Shown here: in pieces, positions 14,301-27,583 of the stretch
How the letters are laid out: each line of letters opens with the position of its first letter
Position numbering within the stretch: the first letter of the stretch is position 1
Origin: Chrysomallon squamiferum
Lineage: Eukaryota; Animalia; Mollusca
NCBI GenBank assembly: GCA_012295275.1
Contig: CM022671.1
Location: 6,324,001-6,388,000 of the forward strand
DNA: 64,000 bases
Reading direction: 5' to 3'
The notes under the pieces: generated by a model
The model's database searches: none
What the model was told of the DNA's origin: nothing
The model's input: only the letters and a program-made list of their open reading frames with translations
Translations under genes and position numbers: made by a program

Positions 14301-15811
14301 AGTTGATGAAAAAGAGATGACAGGAATGTCAAACTGTGCGCCAAATTTAGAAACTTCTTTAGTGTCGTCACTGGTATCAGCTCCAATAATACCTAAAATA
14401 AATACAAACACAATATTTATAATAATACTTAAAATAAATGTAATAAACACAATATTTATAATAATACTTAAAATAAATATAATAAACACAATATTTATAA
14501 TAATAATTAAAATAAATATAATAAACACAATATTTATAATGATACTTAAAATAAATATAATAAACAAAATATTTATAATGATACTTAAAATAAATATAAT
14601 AAACACAATATTTATAATAATACTTAAAATAAATATAATAAACACAATATTTATAATGATACTTAAAATAAATATAAACACAATATTTATAATAATACTT
14701 AAAATAAATATAATAAACACAATATTTATAATAATACTAAAAATAAATATAATAAACACAATATTTATAATAATACTTAAAATATATATAATAAACACAA
14801 TATTTATAATAATACTTAAAATAATAATAAACACCATATTTATAATAATACTTAAAATAAATATAATAAAACACAATATTTACAATAATACTTAAAAACA
14901 ATAATTGTGACAAATGATGACAAATACAGCAATAACATTTAAAATAAAACAATTCTCTAATAATACCTAAAATAAATATAATAAACACAGTATTTATAAA
15001 AATACTTAAAAAACTCAATAATTACAGTAAGATAATAAACAATAATTGTAATAACACCTAAAACAAGCAGAATTATTATAATAATACTTAAGTAAAATAC
15101 AATAAGTATTAAAAAACATCCTAAAATAAAGACAGTAATTAAATTAATATTGAAATATGAAGTACTGGTTAAGTTTTAAAACAAAAAACAAATAATAAAA
15201 ATCTAATGAATACAATTATCTGTAACTGAACAGATTTTTTTGTTGTTTATGTAAATATATATACACTGAACACAGAATAGAAGAAAACAAATTTAAAATA
15301 CTATTACATATAGACAGTTTTGCTGATTATTTAATTATTTCTATTTTACCTAATGTCATATTGGCTGTTGACTTAGTACAGGAGACAGAGTCAGAGGTTA
15401 GACCGGGAAAAAAGGACTCAGCTTTGTACACTGCTGTTGATGATTGGCTGCAGTAATCTTGCACGTTCATTCCTTTTTTTTTAAAAAAAAAAATACCAGT
15501 TATTAGAAATAAAGTGGATATTTTAATTAAAATATTATTAGAAATAATTTAACAAGGTTTATTATGTTGTAAAAAATCATTTATTTGTGTTTTTTTTAGA
15601 AAAAAATAACTAATTAAAGAGTGATTCATAAACCATAACTAGTAAAATATTTGAATATCTCTTTTAACTAATATTTAATATTTTAATTTTTAAAATCTTG
15701 TTAAAGGAAAATTTTTAAAAATTAAATATACACGAAAGAAAAATAATTAATGATAATAATAACAACAACAACAACAATCATAGTAATGAAAATAACAACA
15801 ATCATAATGAT

Positions 15812-15847
<36 letters not shown>

Positions 15848-16917
15848 CATAATAATATAATAAAAATATCAACAATCGTAATTATGATAATAATAACAAT
15901 CATAATAATAATAATAATCATAATAATGATAATAACAATCATAATAATAATAATTATAATCATAATAATAATAATGATGATGATGATGATGATAAGATAA
16001 AAATAAACACAAACCTAATTTAATTCCTGGAACATACGAGTCAGTGAGAAACTGTCCGTTCAGTTCAACGTTCTTCTTGTTTAACAGCTCGAGAGCCCAC
16101 CGCACAGCTTCATACGACTGCATGTCTGAAATTCATACATTAGTTTACTCACATTAAAAAAAATATACAACTTATTTATTCAAAAAAAATGACATGTACA
16201 CACGTTTTATGTGTGTGGAAAACACACCAAATTTATTTATTTATTTAAAAATGAAGAAAAAAAAAAAAAGAAGATAAAAAAGAAATAATAATAACATTCA
16301 CATCTCCAAATTCTTTCAGCGACAATCAGTAGGAAAGAGAGAGATTGTTGTGTTTTATGTAAGTAATAGTTAAATATTTGTAAATGTGAGGCCACACAGA
16401 GCTGAACATAAAGGAACAATAATGAGAGAAAATACAGCTGAATGTTTTAAGAAGTTACTGGCTGGGTCAATGAGTGGGGCTGATATTGTAATACCAAGCT
16501 GTAACTCATTCTGATTAAATGATACACATTATACACAGACTTAAACTCAAAACTTACATACACAAACACGCCACACTTACAAATATACACTGAGAAACAG
16601 TTACAAAGAGGCTTGCCCACAGTGACAGACAGACAGACAGACACACATAATGATACAGTGTTCTCAAAACCATAAAATATCATAAAACCATAAAATATCA
16701 ATATTATCTCAGTATTACCGTCTCCAATTTCACCACACCCATAGCCCTGGGATCCCTGCCTGTGCATTGAGAAGACACCACCTATGACAGCGTCTGCTCC
16801 TTTCTGAATGAATGTCTCTGTCTCTGTAGCACTGCAAGTCTGTCGCTCCATCTTCCCCTCCCCCTCGGCTCCTTGAGTCACCAACACAACCAGCACCAGA
16901 CTGGATAACCAGTTCAT
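2242..16917 (-). CDS. Giant class C GPCR-like receptor, paralogue A: signal peptide + 5 tandem Venus-flytrap domains + 7TM + repeat-rich cytoplasmic tail (~3160 aa, 13 coding exons)
   Basis: Hand-spliced exons, all GT-AG with matching phases: 16917-16719, 16125-16015, 15472-15350, 14392-14226, 13883-12959, 12461-10992, 10741-9317, 8933-8762, 8637-7316, 6911-5412, 5142-4065, 3666-2674, 2249-2242. N-terminus MNWLSSLVLVVLVTQGAEG is signal-like. mGluR/CaSR-type VFT motifs recur five times (IGGVFSMH, C-G, LGG...D-C, S/T-S..L, R(T/S)VP(P/S/A)D, NPWF.E, AVYA). 7TM in 5142-4065. One +1 frameshift near 13841. Confidence 0.88.
2774..3445 (-). repeat. Coding tandem repeat, ~14 x 48 nt (16 aa, consensus GATVVISGDSQxxHSE), in paralogue A cytoplasmic tail
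   Basis: Visible in ORF 2648..3643; three units are identical at protein level (GATVMVTGDSQPYHSE). Confidence 0.9.
4065..5142 (-). CDS. Paralogue A exon 11: short Cys linker + class C 7TM domain
   Basis: Seven hydrophobic segments; CGLRRF...CYSALFVK (TM3), QVIICTEWLIL (TM4), NHHESRWI (TM6 start), RDAAVAIG (TM7). Confidence 0.9.
5412..6911 (-). CDS. Paralogue A exon 10: Cys linker + VFT domain 5
   Basis: 1500-nt phase 0-0 exon; CRVKDACQC, LGGLVLDTC, SPAATS, FLRTVPPD, WLASDYW. Confidence 0.9.
7316..8933 (-). CDS. Paralogue A exons 8-9: Cys linker + VFT domain 4
   Basis: Exons 8933-8762 and 8637-7316; CGDECREIC, GLFDIH, IGPFDS, IPQITYGATS, FLRSVPADD. Confidence 0.9.
9317..10741 (-). CDS. Paralogue A exon 7: Cys linker + VFT domain 3
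   Basis: 1425-nt phase 0-0 exon; CPYFCPEC, GDVII, LGGLLLDGC, SPAATS, FRTVPSD, NPWLAEYY. Confidence 0.9.
10992..12461 (-). CDS. Paralogue A exon 6: Cys linker + VFT domain 2
   Basis: 1470-nt phase 0-0 exon; CPSTGCKPC linker, GDIVINGIF, LGGLAFDDC, GYASTS, NPWFKEWY, DAVYAVAYGL. Confidence 0.9.
12768..12963. repeat. 30-bp minisatellite (~6-7 units) derived from the exon 5 donor site of paralogue A
   Basis: Unit ctgtacaatgtatattacctttctaaatta; on the minus strand each unit carries AAG|GTAAT. Confidence 0.9.
12959..16917 (-). CDS. Paralogue A signal peptide and VFT domain 1 (exons 1-5)
   Basis: AVIGGVFSMH, QSYEAVRWAL, GIIGADTSD, FSSTVSELS, FMRTVPPD, ENPWFQKWY, AVHAVYAYA; extra base near 13841 shifts GWKYV to VVVYTDNTYG. 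Confidence 0.85.
14385..14895. repeat. 39-bp AT-rich minisatellite (~13 units, degenerate to ~15130) derived from the exon 4 acceptor of paralogue A
   Basis: Unit approx. ataatacttaaaataaatataataaacacaatattt(ata); first unit overlaps the true acceptor (ataatacctaaaataaat). Confidence 0.9.
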
Positions 16918-16951
16918 TTTGTCTAATAATAATAATAATAATAATAATAAC

Positions 16952-17000
<49 letters not shown>

Positions 17001-17365
17001 GCAATACTAATAAAAATAGTAGTAGTAGTAATAATAACAATAATAATAATAATAGCAATAATAATAACTATAAAATAGTAGTAGCAATAACAATAACAAC
17101 AATAATAATGATGATAATAACAACAACAATGATGATGGTGGTAATGATGTACTAGTTTGTCTGATGATATATTTAATATGCCAGTGAGATTTGAAGACTG
17201 AACCTCATATATATACTGGCTATGATGTCACAACAACTGCACCAAAAGTTAATTTTGCTATTTCTTAACTATCAGACTGAGATTATTTGTGTAATTGTAA
17301 TAATCTTGAATTTTGTCTTTTTTCTCTATATATTTAATTAATTGTTATTTATTTTATTATATTAA

Positions 17366-17402
<37 letters not shown>

Positions 17403-18216
17403 ACGTTTTAATAATGAAATATTCAATGCTATCAAAGTGTTAACAAATTTTAAAACTATTTTTAAAAAGTAAATTAGGATTTACTAAAAGTCTATGGCTG
17501 AGTAATGGAGCAAAATTATTACAAAGTTTAGTAATTAATAACAACCAGATTTACCCTCATTGAAACTGTGCTCAGTTGCAATTTTCAGACTGAATATTTA
17601 ATATTTTGTTCATGCAATCAACGACCCGAATGGGCCAAGAACTACCTCAGAAACTGGGCATGGCAGGGTATATTCCAGTGAAATATGCCGCTCCCACCTT
17701 TAATGTCACAGACGCTGTTATGAATACATAAGAAAATACCCCATGTGCAATAAATTGTATAAAAATTCATTAATGACAATGTAAGAAAATAAATTAAGTC
17801 AACGTTACTTTTAACTTTATGTTTTATTCCAAATCGCACGATATTTACCAGCACCTGTCCCCGAATCAGAAAATCGTCAGGGACATCTCGACAGACAAAC
17901 TGTTTTCTGGGTGTAAGCACCAGTGTGTGCCTGTCCAGAAATAGCTTATTCCAACGGCATTCACAATATCGCTTCATTATGCTGAATTACTTGATCCACC
18001 GAACAAACCTGTCCAACAAGTTTATGTTTTTATTTTTATTTTTAGAATGCCGGAAGTCGCAATATCAGTAAACTTGTTTATAATAACCGATTTATGTTCT
18101 GAACTAAACTCGTAACCCACGTTTGGATGGAAGACGTCTAATTTATCAAATTACTTTAAATATTTTTATATTGATAGTTTTATTTTATTTATTTATTGAT
18201 TCATTTGTTTGTTTGT

Positions 18217-18283
<67 letters not shown>

Positions 18284-18405
18284 CAACGACAATAGTATTA
18301 AGTAAGTAATTTTGCTTTATGTTTTTGTGATAGCCCAATATATTTATTAAAACAGAATTATTTTTATATTTTTAATTATTAATTTCTCATTTTCCTCTTA
18401 CTTCA

Positions 18406-18473
<68 letters not shown>

Positions 18474-18580
18474 CTGTCCCTATTTCCAGTTTTTCAGTTT
18501 TTCAGATTTTTATTAAATACATATACACACACATACATACATACTACAAACATATTACAGACATGCATGCATACATACAA

Positions 18581-18631
<51 letters not shown>

Positions 18632-18773
18632 TACATGCATGCATACATACACACACACATACATACATATATTATGTGTGTGTATACATGTTTCAATGTT
18701 TCAAATATATGTACATTTGTGTATATTATGTAAATTATTTTGTATGGTAGTGTCTGAATGTATAATACATGCA

Positions 18774-18822
<49 letters not shown>

Positions 18823-20161
18823 CTTTATATGCATACACAAGCAGCTCACCCATACACTTGAAAATGATATATTTGTGTATGTCTTGACATGTCTGTGTAA
18901 TTTTTATGTGCATATGTGCTGCTTGTATATGTATATAAAATGACACACATAGACACACAAACATTGCGCACATACACAAATACACACAAACATATTGAAA
19001 GACTGTCTGACACTGATACATCAGCTGGTTTCTTCCTAGTCTCCGTTTCAAAACATAATAATTATTTATAAAAAACATACTGAGGTAATGTTACTATTTT
19101 CATCATAGAGATGATGGAAACATCTAACTGTAAAAATGTGAAGCTGTAGAAATTCATGATAGCTGAGTGTAATGTAAAGTTGAACTCAGTGACTGCTTTT
19201 AAAAGGGTATAAACTGTTATTTTTTATTTATTTATTTATTCATTTGTCCATTAATGCATTCTATTTATTTATCCCATTCATTTATTCATTACACTGATGT
19301 TTGTTCATTTGTTTATCATTTATTTATTGTAGCTCATTTATTCATTACATTTGTTTGTTCATTCATTTATTTTATTCATTCATTCACTTTTTGAAATCAA
19401 AAACAAGAAATGGTACAAGTATAAAAATATTTATTCACAAAAACCTGTACATTATTTCAATAGTTTATATATAAAAAACAAGTAAATGTACATACATTGA
19501 AAACTCTCAGTATAAAATGTTTTCTACAGAAATATATATTTTTATATTACTCGGTCTAAATTCATTCCTTGAACTACATTCTAAAATATGTTTGTTTTAT
19601 TTTTAATTGATTATAATTTACAGATGATATTTTATATCTTTGAGATTTAAAAAAAATAAACCAGAAACTGTTATCCTCAAACACTGTGTGTATGCATGCA
19701 TGTGAGTCTGTGTGTCTGTCTGTTTGTCTGTCTCTGTGCAAGCTTTTAATCATTTATTCTTCAATTTGTTCTTTCACAGTGTTGTGTGAAAAACAGAGAA
19801 ATCTCTTCACACTTTGTTTTTTCACTTTTATGTATAAAAATTTGTCATGCCACACATTTTTCATAAATGTGTTGATTAATGTGATGACTGCATCACTTCA
19901 TTCAGAAATAAACTCTAGTTTCCTGGCAGGTGACAAATGTTAAAAATGTATTTATTCGGTTCAGACGTAACTTGAGAAAGATACAATTTTACAAACTGAT
20001 GTAAAGTATGCATGTCAAGGCCAGACAAAAATAATTATTTAAGTTACCAAAACATTTTCAATGTTTAATATACATTTTACCTACGTAAATACTTAAAACT
20101 CTTAAAAGACTGAGTATTTATAAATTTTAAAGTTGTGAAAAATAATTTTGTTAAATTTATA

Positions 20162-20203
<42 letters not shown>

Positions 20204-20826
20204 AGTACAAACTGTTTCTTTTAAAAAAAATCCTTTTTATAACTCAGATTTTTCTTACAGCAGTTTTCAGTTTGTTAGCAAATGTCCTTGTATAAAAAAG
20301 CTGGTGTATTCATCTTAATGTTTCAATAATCTGTTCAGGAAAATTGCTTTTCTTTCATAAATTAATCTAAATATTATTTTCACACATCCAGTCTCCCTGT
20401 TTAATTTTTAAAATGTTTCTAATACAGTTTATTGTAGTTGAAAGAGAACAGAATACAGTCTAGCACATCTCTCTTCACCTATAAATATCATCAATGTTCA
20501 TAAGCCGCTGTGTTTTCTTAGTCTAACATACATTCTGAAAAAAAAAAAAAAATAATATATAAATAACAGTAAGTACATTTCAAATATAGTTTTTACATTT
20601 TTTGTGAATAAAATAAAAATCACTTATAGTAATTTCAATGTGCAGCAATGTATTATTCATATTTTTAAATGAATATTATATAGTTGTAACACATGTGCAT
20701 ACACACACATACACACACACACACACACACACAGAGAGACAGAGAGAGAGAGAGAGAGAGATTTTAACATAAAATTATATACAAAGAGATAAAACATCAC
20801 AATTTATTTTTATTTCATCCAGTATT

Positions 20827-20902
<76 letters not shown>

Positions 20903-20931
20903 ATAGTAACAGTAACAATATTAATATTTAT

Positions 20932-20977
<46 letters not shown>

Positions 20978-21056
20978 CAACAACAATAATAGCAGCAGCA
21001 AGAACCACAACAACAACACAATTAACAAGTGTAATTACCTGTGTCTATATTTTTGC

Positions 21057-21424
21057 TCAGAAGCCAACGTCTGAGTCTTGTTTGGATTCTTGTCTCTGAT
21101 ACTCGTAAAAATGTGGATCATAGGCCTCATTTGTGTACACATCACTGAAGCCATTTTGATAGGATACTGAAAATAAAACATTTATTTTAAACATTATTGA
21201 TAATGTTGTAAAGTTCTAAAATGTGTGTCCTAAACAGCAACATATTTATTTTAAAACTTTAAAACTTTCGTCATTTAGCGATTCTTAAAATGTCATCACC
21301 ATTTTCTGATAGCAGATTACTAAATTTTTGTTTTAACCCTTAAAATAATTAGTGACAAAATATTAATAACTGTTCTAACTGTTACCATGGCAAAACTTGT
21401 ACAGACATTTCTATGGAAAATATT

Positions 21425-21467
<43 letters not shown>

Positions 21468-24400
21468 TGTATGTGTTTGATAAAAAGAAAGACAGAAGAC
21501 AAAGAGAGACAAAGAGAGAAGAAAGAGAAAGAAAAAGAAAGGGAAAATGAGACTGGAAGAAAAGAGAGAGAGAGAGAGAGAGAGAGGAGAGACAAGGAAG
21601 AAGAAGAGAGACAAGGAGAAGAAGAGACATGAAAGAAGAGACAGGGAGAGAGAAGGAGAATAAGAAAGTGACAGTATATAATGATGAAGAACATTTTATT
21701 ATTTTACCATCAGCTCCAGCAGCAAGTTTTTCTTTTTTTTCTTCGGTCCTCATCAACAACAACAGCGCTGCTTTTCTCAGTGGTATGCAGATGAGCAACA
21801 GCGTTGCATTAACAAAGTTAGCAATGGCCACTGTGGGGTCTCTGTACGTGAAGCCTGCGTTGGTGGACACAATCATCCAGACAAGGAAGCAGCCGGCAGT
21901 GCAGACACAGCTGACGAGAATCCACCGCGACTCGCTGTAGTTGTTCTCACTGTCCCACGACATCATGGCCACTATGCCCGTCACACCAACAATGACCATC
22001 ACGAATATGAAGGACATCACGAGTCCAGTGTCATATGAGTTGTCAATGGCGTGGCAGAACCAGAGGTCGTGTCTGACGCCTGCTGCTTTGACTGCCGTAG
22101 GTGGTATGAGAATGAGCCACTCGATGGGAATGACCGCCTGTATGCAGACAATTCCAACAGCACACAGGAAAAGTGCACATGCACTAGTGATTCCGTGGTA
22201 ACGCTTTCCTTCCCACTCGCTGTCACTGTATCTCCAGTTGTCGACGGCTTTGACTAGCAGACAGGCGAAGACCATCATGTAGACAATGCCCATGACCAGA
22301 CGTCTGGCAGCACAGGTTATTTCTGATGCGTGCACGAAGAAGGCAAAGTTGACTCCATAGATGCCCAGAATGCCTATGATCGTGAAGAAACCGAGCACTG
22401 TGGTTCCACCTCGAATAGGGTAGTAGATAAGAAGGAAGATGAGAGTCATGATGGTGACGATGATGCCAATGCTGGTAAGAACAGCCACAGCGATGGCCCA
22501 CACTGGCCATTCATACAGCTGTTCTCCTGATCACTGTAGTGGAAGAAGTTGCGAGGTTCTGGTGGTGTGGTAGTTGGTGGTGTGAGCTGCTGTTGACTGG
22601 CATCTGGCTGTGTGCAGCCACAGATGAGGCCAGCAGGACACGTGGACGTGAAGCGTTTCAGCGACTTTTCATCTTTCACTGTCAGTTTACCTTGCTTCCA
22701 CACACTAACCTGAAACATTCCAATATTTAACTCAGTTATTAACTCATAGTCAAAACCAATATTTTATCATTATAAACAAGACTCAGATTCAAAACTGATA
22801 TATAAAAGAATTTACTAAAATAATTAATAAAAAACCCCAAAAACCTATATTCAAAACAAATAAAAATATTTAAAATTAATTAACAAAACCTTAATTCAAA
22901 ACTAAAAATCTAAAAATGTTTTTAAAATAATTAATGAAAGTTGTAATTCAAAACATATAAAAAGAAAACACAATGAAATATCTGATGATTAACGTGCAAT
23001 TTTGTTTATGTAAATAATGATAACTGACAATAAATAAAGACAACTGACAATAAATTGTATATAAAAGTGACACACCAATGAAGTCTTGTTGACTTCCATC
23101 ATCAAGACATTGTAGCCAATGTCCCAGAATCTGTATTTATTAAAACTGAAAACAAAATCTTCATATGGTTCCTCTGTTTGCAGTGTTAGGTCAATTTTCA
23201 TACGAGGCCAATTTGATTTCAACACGTAGTTAAATATTGATTCCCGGGCATTGTCCGACTGGAGACAGGCTTCCACTGACTGTTGAGAACATTTCTGTGA
23301 CTTGTATGCTTCCAGCTCATTTCCAAGTGCATGAACTGCAGCAATGGTTGGCAGAATGTAACGATTTTGAGAAACATTATTAAAATTAATGGTCTCGTTT
23401 TTGAGGCATTTTTTTGTAAACTGTTTGAGTGGAAATTGAGCGTCTGTCATCTGACATTTGTGAAGTTTCTGGTAGTACTCATCAAACCAGTGCTTTGGGA
23501 TATTATACTTATCTGGACTCGTGTCAGGCTTGTTGCTGATGTCAACGATGTAGTTTTTGAACGCAGCAACACTGGCGTCACGCAGGCTGAAAACAAGACC
23601 TCTGAAATGAGTGTTAGTCAGAAAGGTGAACAGCCTGATATCTTCGTATGAAACGTCCGTGAAAACCCACAGATACGAGTCGAGTAAGTTCAACTCCTTG
23701 GCTGCTTTTAGCACTTTAATTGTGTCTTCTTTGTTCGTGAACAGAATAACAACATTTGAACCCTGTGCAGCCCTCAGAGACGCGACAGCAGTTTTGAAGT
23801 CCTCGTTGGCAGGGTTGTTGGGGAGGCTGTAAGTGAATCGCAAACATGTCTTCCCACTGGATGTCCTCACAAACTCTTGTCTACCACTGGAGTCAAAGTG
23901 CCAGTACGACTCAATACCAACAACGTAGTCCCATCCTGCCTCTTTCAAAATGTCTGCCAGCACTCTGAGAAGCTGATCTCGTGGAGGTGAAGTTCTCGCA
24001 AGGTAGGGGAAGGCAGCAGTGTTATTGAACTGCACAGACTGCGCACTGGGAGAGATGTATGCAACTTTGAGATCATTGAGAACTCGGGCTGCAGCAAACG
24101 TGTTCTTATCGTTCATGACGACCACCCCACCGATGTTGGACAGTGAAACTTTGTTGGCCTCACTGAATGCTTCCGTACATAGACCTTGCCCCGCAAGCAG
24201 ATTCCACAGGTCCTGATCTACACGCAGACTGTTTGAGCATGTGTCCACAGCCACTGCGTTGATGTTTTCAAACTGAGGCAGGCTGAATGTGTACCAGAAT
24301 GCTAAGAACTGCTGAAAACCTTCCTCTGTCTTCAGTTCACCGCATCTGTACGGATCCATGCCTTGTTCGTGGATGTCAAACACACCTATAATTGTCCATG

Positions 24401-27400
24401 GCTTTATGTTACTCATACTTTTAGGTGTCAGGACAGAGTAACGCGACCCTTGGCTGTTACGAATTACAGGACACTCGGTGCAGGTGTCGTCACGGTTACA
24501 AGTACTGTCCCAGTTTCGTGCATAGTCTGAGATTTCAAGTTTTCCTGAACTAGAAAATGTTCCAATCTGAAAAAACCCAACAATAATAAAATTACAAATA
24601 ACAGTAGTTGTAGTGGCAGCAGAAATAATAGTGGTAGTACCGGTAGAAATAACTGTAGTAGTAGTAGTAGTACTAGTAACAGTACAAATACTACTATTAC
24701 TACTACTACTACTAATAATAAGAAGAACAAGAAATTGGTAATAATTAAAAAAATAAATTCAAAAGTTTAAAACTTGCTCTATTTCAAAGTAAAAAACAAC
24801 AAAAAACACACCTCTTTGTAATCATATCCTGGTTTGTTTTCAATCGGCCTCATCACAATGGAATAAAACTGATAGCCCTTGTTGCCTTCCCTCACTTCAC
24901 TGAACCCATCTTCATCTGAGAACTTCTTGTTCGAGAAGGCAAAAAGTGTGTGGGTTGGATCAGTGAAGGAGACATTCTGGAGGTGTTTGAGGACCAGATT
25001 TCTCCTGTCAGACATCTTTTTGTACGTCTCACACACTGCGACGTAGTTGTCACCGCACACCTCTCGTATAGCCTTGTCTATAGCAAACGCTGATGCGTAG
25101 ACTGCATTGATGACGTGCAAGATTCCTGTGTCCTGTTTGTACCGAATGCTCTTTGGAAGCTTCTTCGGTTCTGACTGACATTTTTCTGGATACAGGCCTC
25201 GAGATTTTGTCAGGTAGCAGTTATGAATATATTCATAATACTCGTTAAACCAAGGGTTTTCTTGAGCGTTTGCTGGACTCTTCGTTTCCAAGTACGTGTC
25301 AAATGCGCCAATGTTTTTAGTTTCCACATTTAGCGTGACAGAGCCTAAAGCGACTTCCTCTACTCCTCTGAAAGCATCTTCATTGTTGGCCCACGTCTCT
25401 GAACCAAGAAAACGGAATTTCCCCTTCGCGTTTGTGTTTCTCTGAACAGCTTTGAGGAAAGCGTTGATGTAGCTGGTGCCGGCAAAAACGACCACGGTGT
25501 TAGCCAACGGCTTTTTCATCAGTGCGGTGATGACGTTGTTACTACTCTCAGTGGACACGGTGCCGTTGTCAGGAAACAGAATCATCTGAGCGATACAGAT
25601 TCGGAATTCCGCAGCTAGTTTCTGAAACGCTCTGGCTGCCGATTCCCGTAATTGGTCAGCGTGTAGACCACCTGGACGTATCGGAAGTCGAACCGGTTGA
25701 GAAAGCTGACCATTGCCCGAGCCTGGTGATCGTCCGCAGGCACAGTCCTGTAGAAGTATGGGTACCTGTACTGATCCTTCAGCTGGGTGGAGGTGGAGGC
25801 GTAGCTGATTTGAGGGATCTTCAAGTCTTTCAGGATCCTCGCTAGGTAAATCGACTGGTCGCTGGCGTACGAGCCCACGTAAACATCGATATCGTCGGGG
25901 TTGATGGTGTCGGTGTTGCGTACGAGTTTGGTGAGCTTGTTGTGAATGTCAGACACGAGGTACCCTGTTCTGATAGCGCTCTCGCAGGTGTCGAGGCCCA
26001 CCCCACCCAGTCGAGTGCCCCTCAGAATGTCCTTGAACTTGCCCTCCTTGCTGTTGACCTGGCCGAGTGCGTAGTGGAAAGCCTCAAGAAGCTGAAACCC
26101 GTGCAGTGGTTTGATCGCTCCGCAGGTGAACGGATTGTAACTTTTCTCATGAACGTCGAACAGTCCTGAAAAAATTAAGTTAAACAGATGAACGAATGAA
26201 AGAAATAAACAAAGAAGTAGTATCTAAATAAATAATAAATAAATGAAACATATAAATAAACAAACTAACCAAAAATTCAGATAAACAAATAAATAAAACA
26301 TACAAATAAAATAAACAAAAATACAAATAAACAAATAAATAAAACATACAAATAAACAAACAAAATACACATAAACAAATATATAAATATATAAAACATA
26401 TATATAAACAAACAAAAAATACAAATAAATAATAAATAAATAAATAAATAAATTAATAAATAAATAAATAAATAAATAAATTAATAAACACAAAAAATTA
26501 GTAAACTTCTAAAACAAATATATAAGCACAAAAATAAATAAAATCAGCAAATAAATGTAGAATTACCATCATAATAATTACAACAGTAAGCTTAAACCTT
26601 TCGTCGTTTATTCATCATCATTTATTATAATTGAATGGGGTATAAAACACGCACCTCCTATGAGAATATCTCCAGGAATGTAGGTGAAGTTTAATCCTTG
26701 CTGCACACATCGGAGACAATTGCTACTGCAACTGGAACTGATGCTGCTGTAGTGGTTGCCAACTTTTTCTGTAATAATCTGAATTGTAGCACCGGCATAG
26801 CTGCCAATCTGAAATTTAAAATCGTTTACTTTTTAATCTTCATATTCCGAAATAACGAACATTTATAACATTTCAATCCATTCATTTATTTTATTTACAA
26901 TTTTTTTTTTTTTAATTAATCTTTTATTCCTTGTTATGATTATTATTATTGTTGTTGTTATTGTTGTTATTATTATTAGTCATTATTTACAAATTTATTT
27001 CATTTTACAAATTTTATAAATATATTACATACATATATATATACATACATACATACATACATAGATTCATACATTTAACACTTTTTATATTTTATTTTAG
27101 TTAAACTTTTTCCCTTTTTTTTAATTTACAATTTTCTTTATTTACAATTTCATTTCATTTTATTTCTTTATATACTATATTTTATTTGTTTACAATTTTA
27201 TTTTGATTTTTTTTGAAGAATAAACATCATGTGATGATGTGTACTTTAAACCATACACAACATAATTATCTAAAATTATTGATTATTATTTTTGTCTGCA
27301 ATTAACAATTAAACATCTTTAAATTTATTTTGCATTTTATTTATTTTTATTTATTGATTTATTAGTTCATATATTTATTTATTCATTCATTTATTTATTT

Positions 27401-27546
27401 ATTTATTTGCATGTGTAATATTATGTAAAGAATTAAGAAAATAAAGATATGGAAAAGAAATCAACAAATTAAAATGAAATAAATAAATAAATAAATAAAT
27501 AAATAGATAGAGACAGGGAGACAGACAAACAGACACAGAAATAAAC

Positions 27547-27583
<37 letters not shown>

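Noticed and set aside
12768-14895. CRISPR-like arrays
   Set aside because: Head-to-tail repeats without unique spacers, eukaryotic context, no cas genes
13804-15018. Long hydrophobic or Asn/Ile-rich ORFs (13824-14876, 14284-14895 etc.) resembling membrane proteins
   Set aside because: Translations of the 39-bp minisatellite and (AAT)n tracts; only 14226-14392 is a real exon
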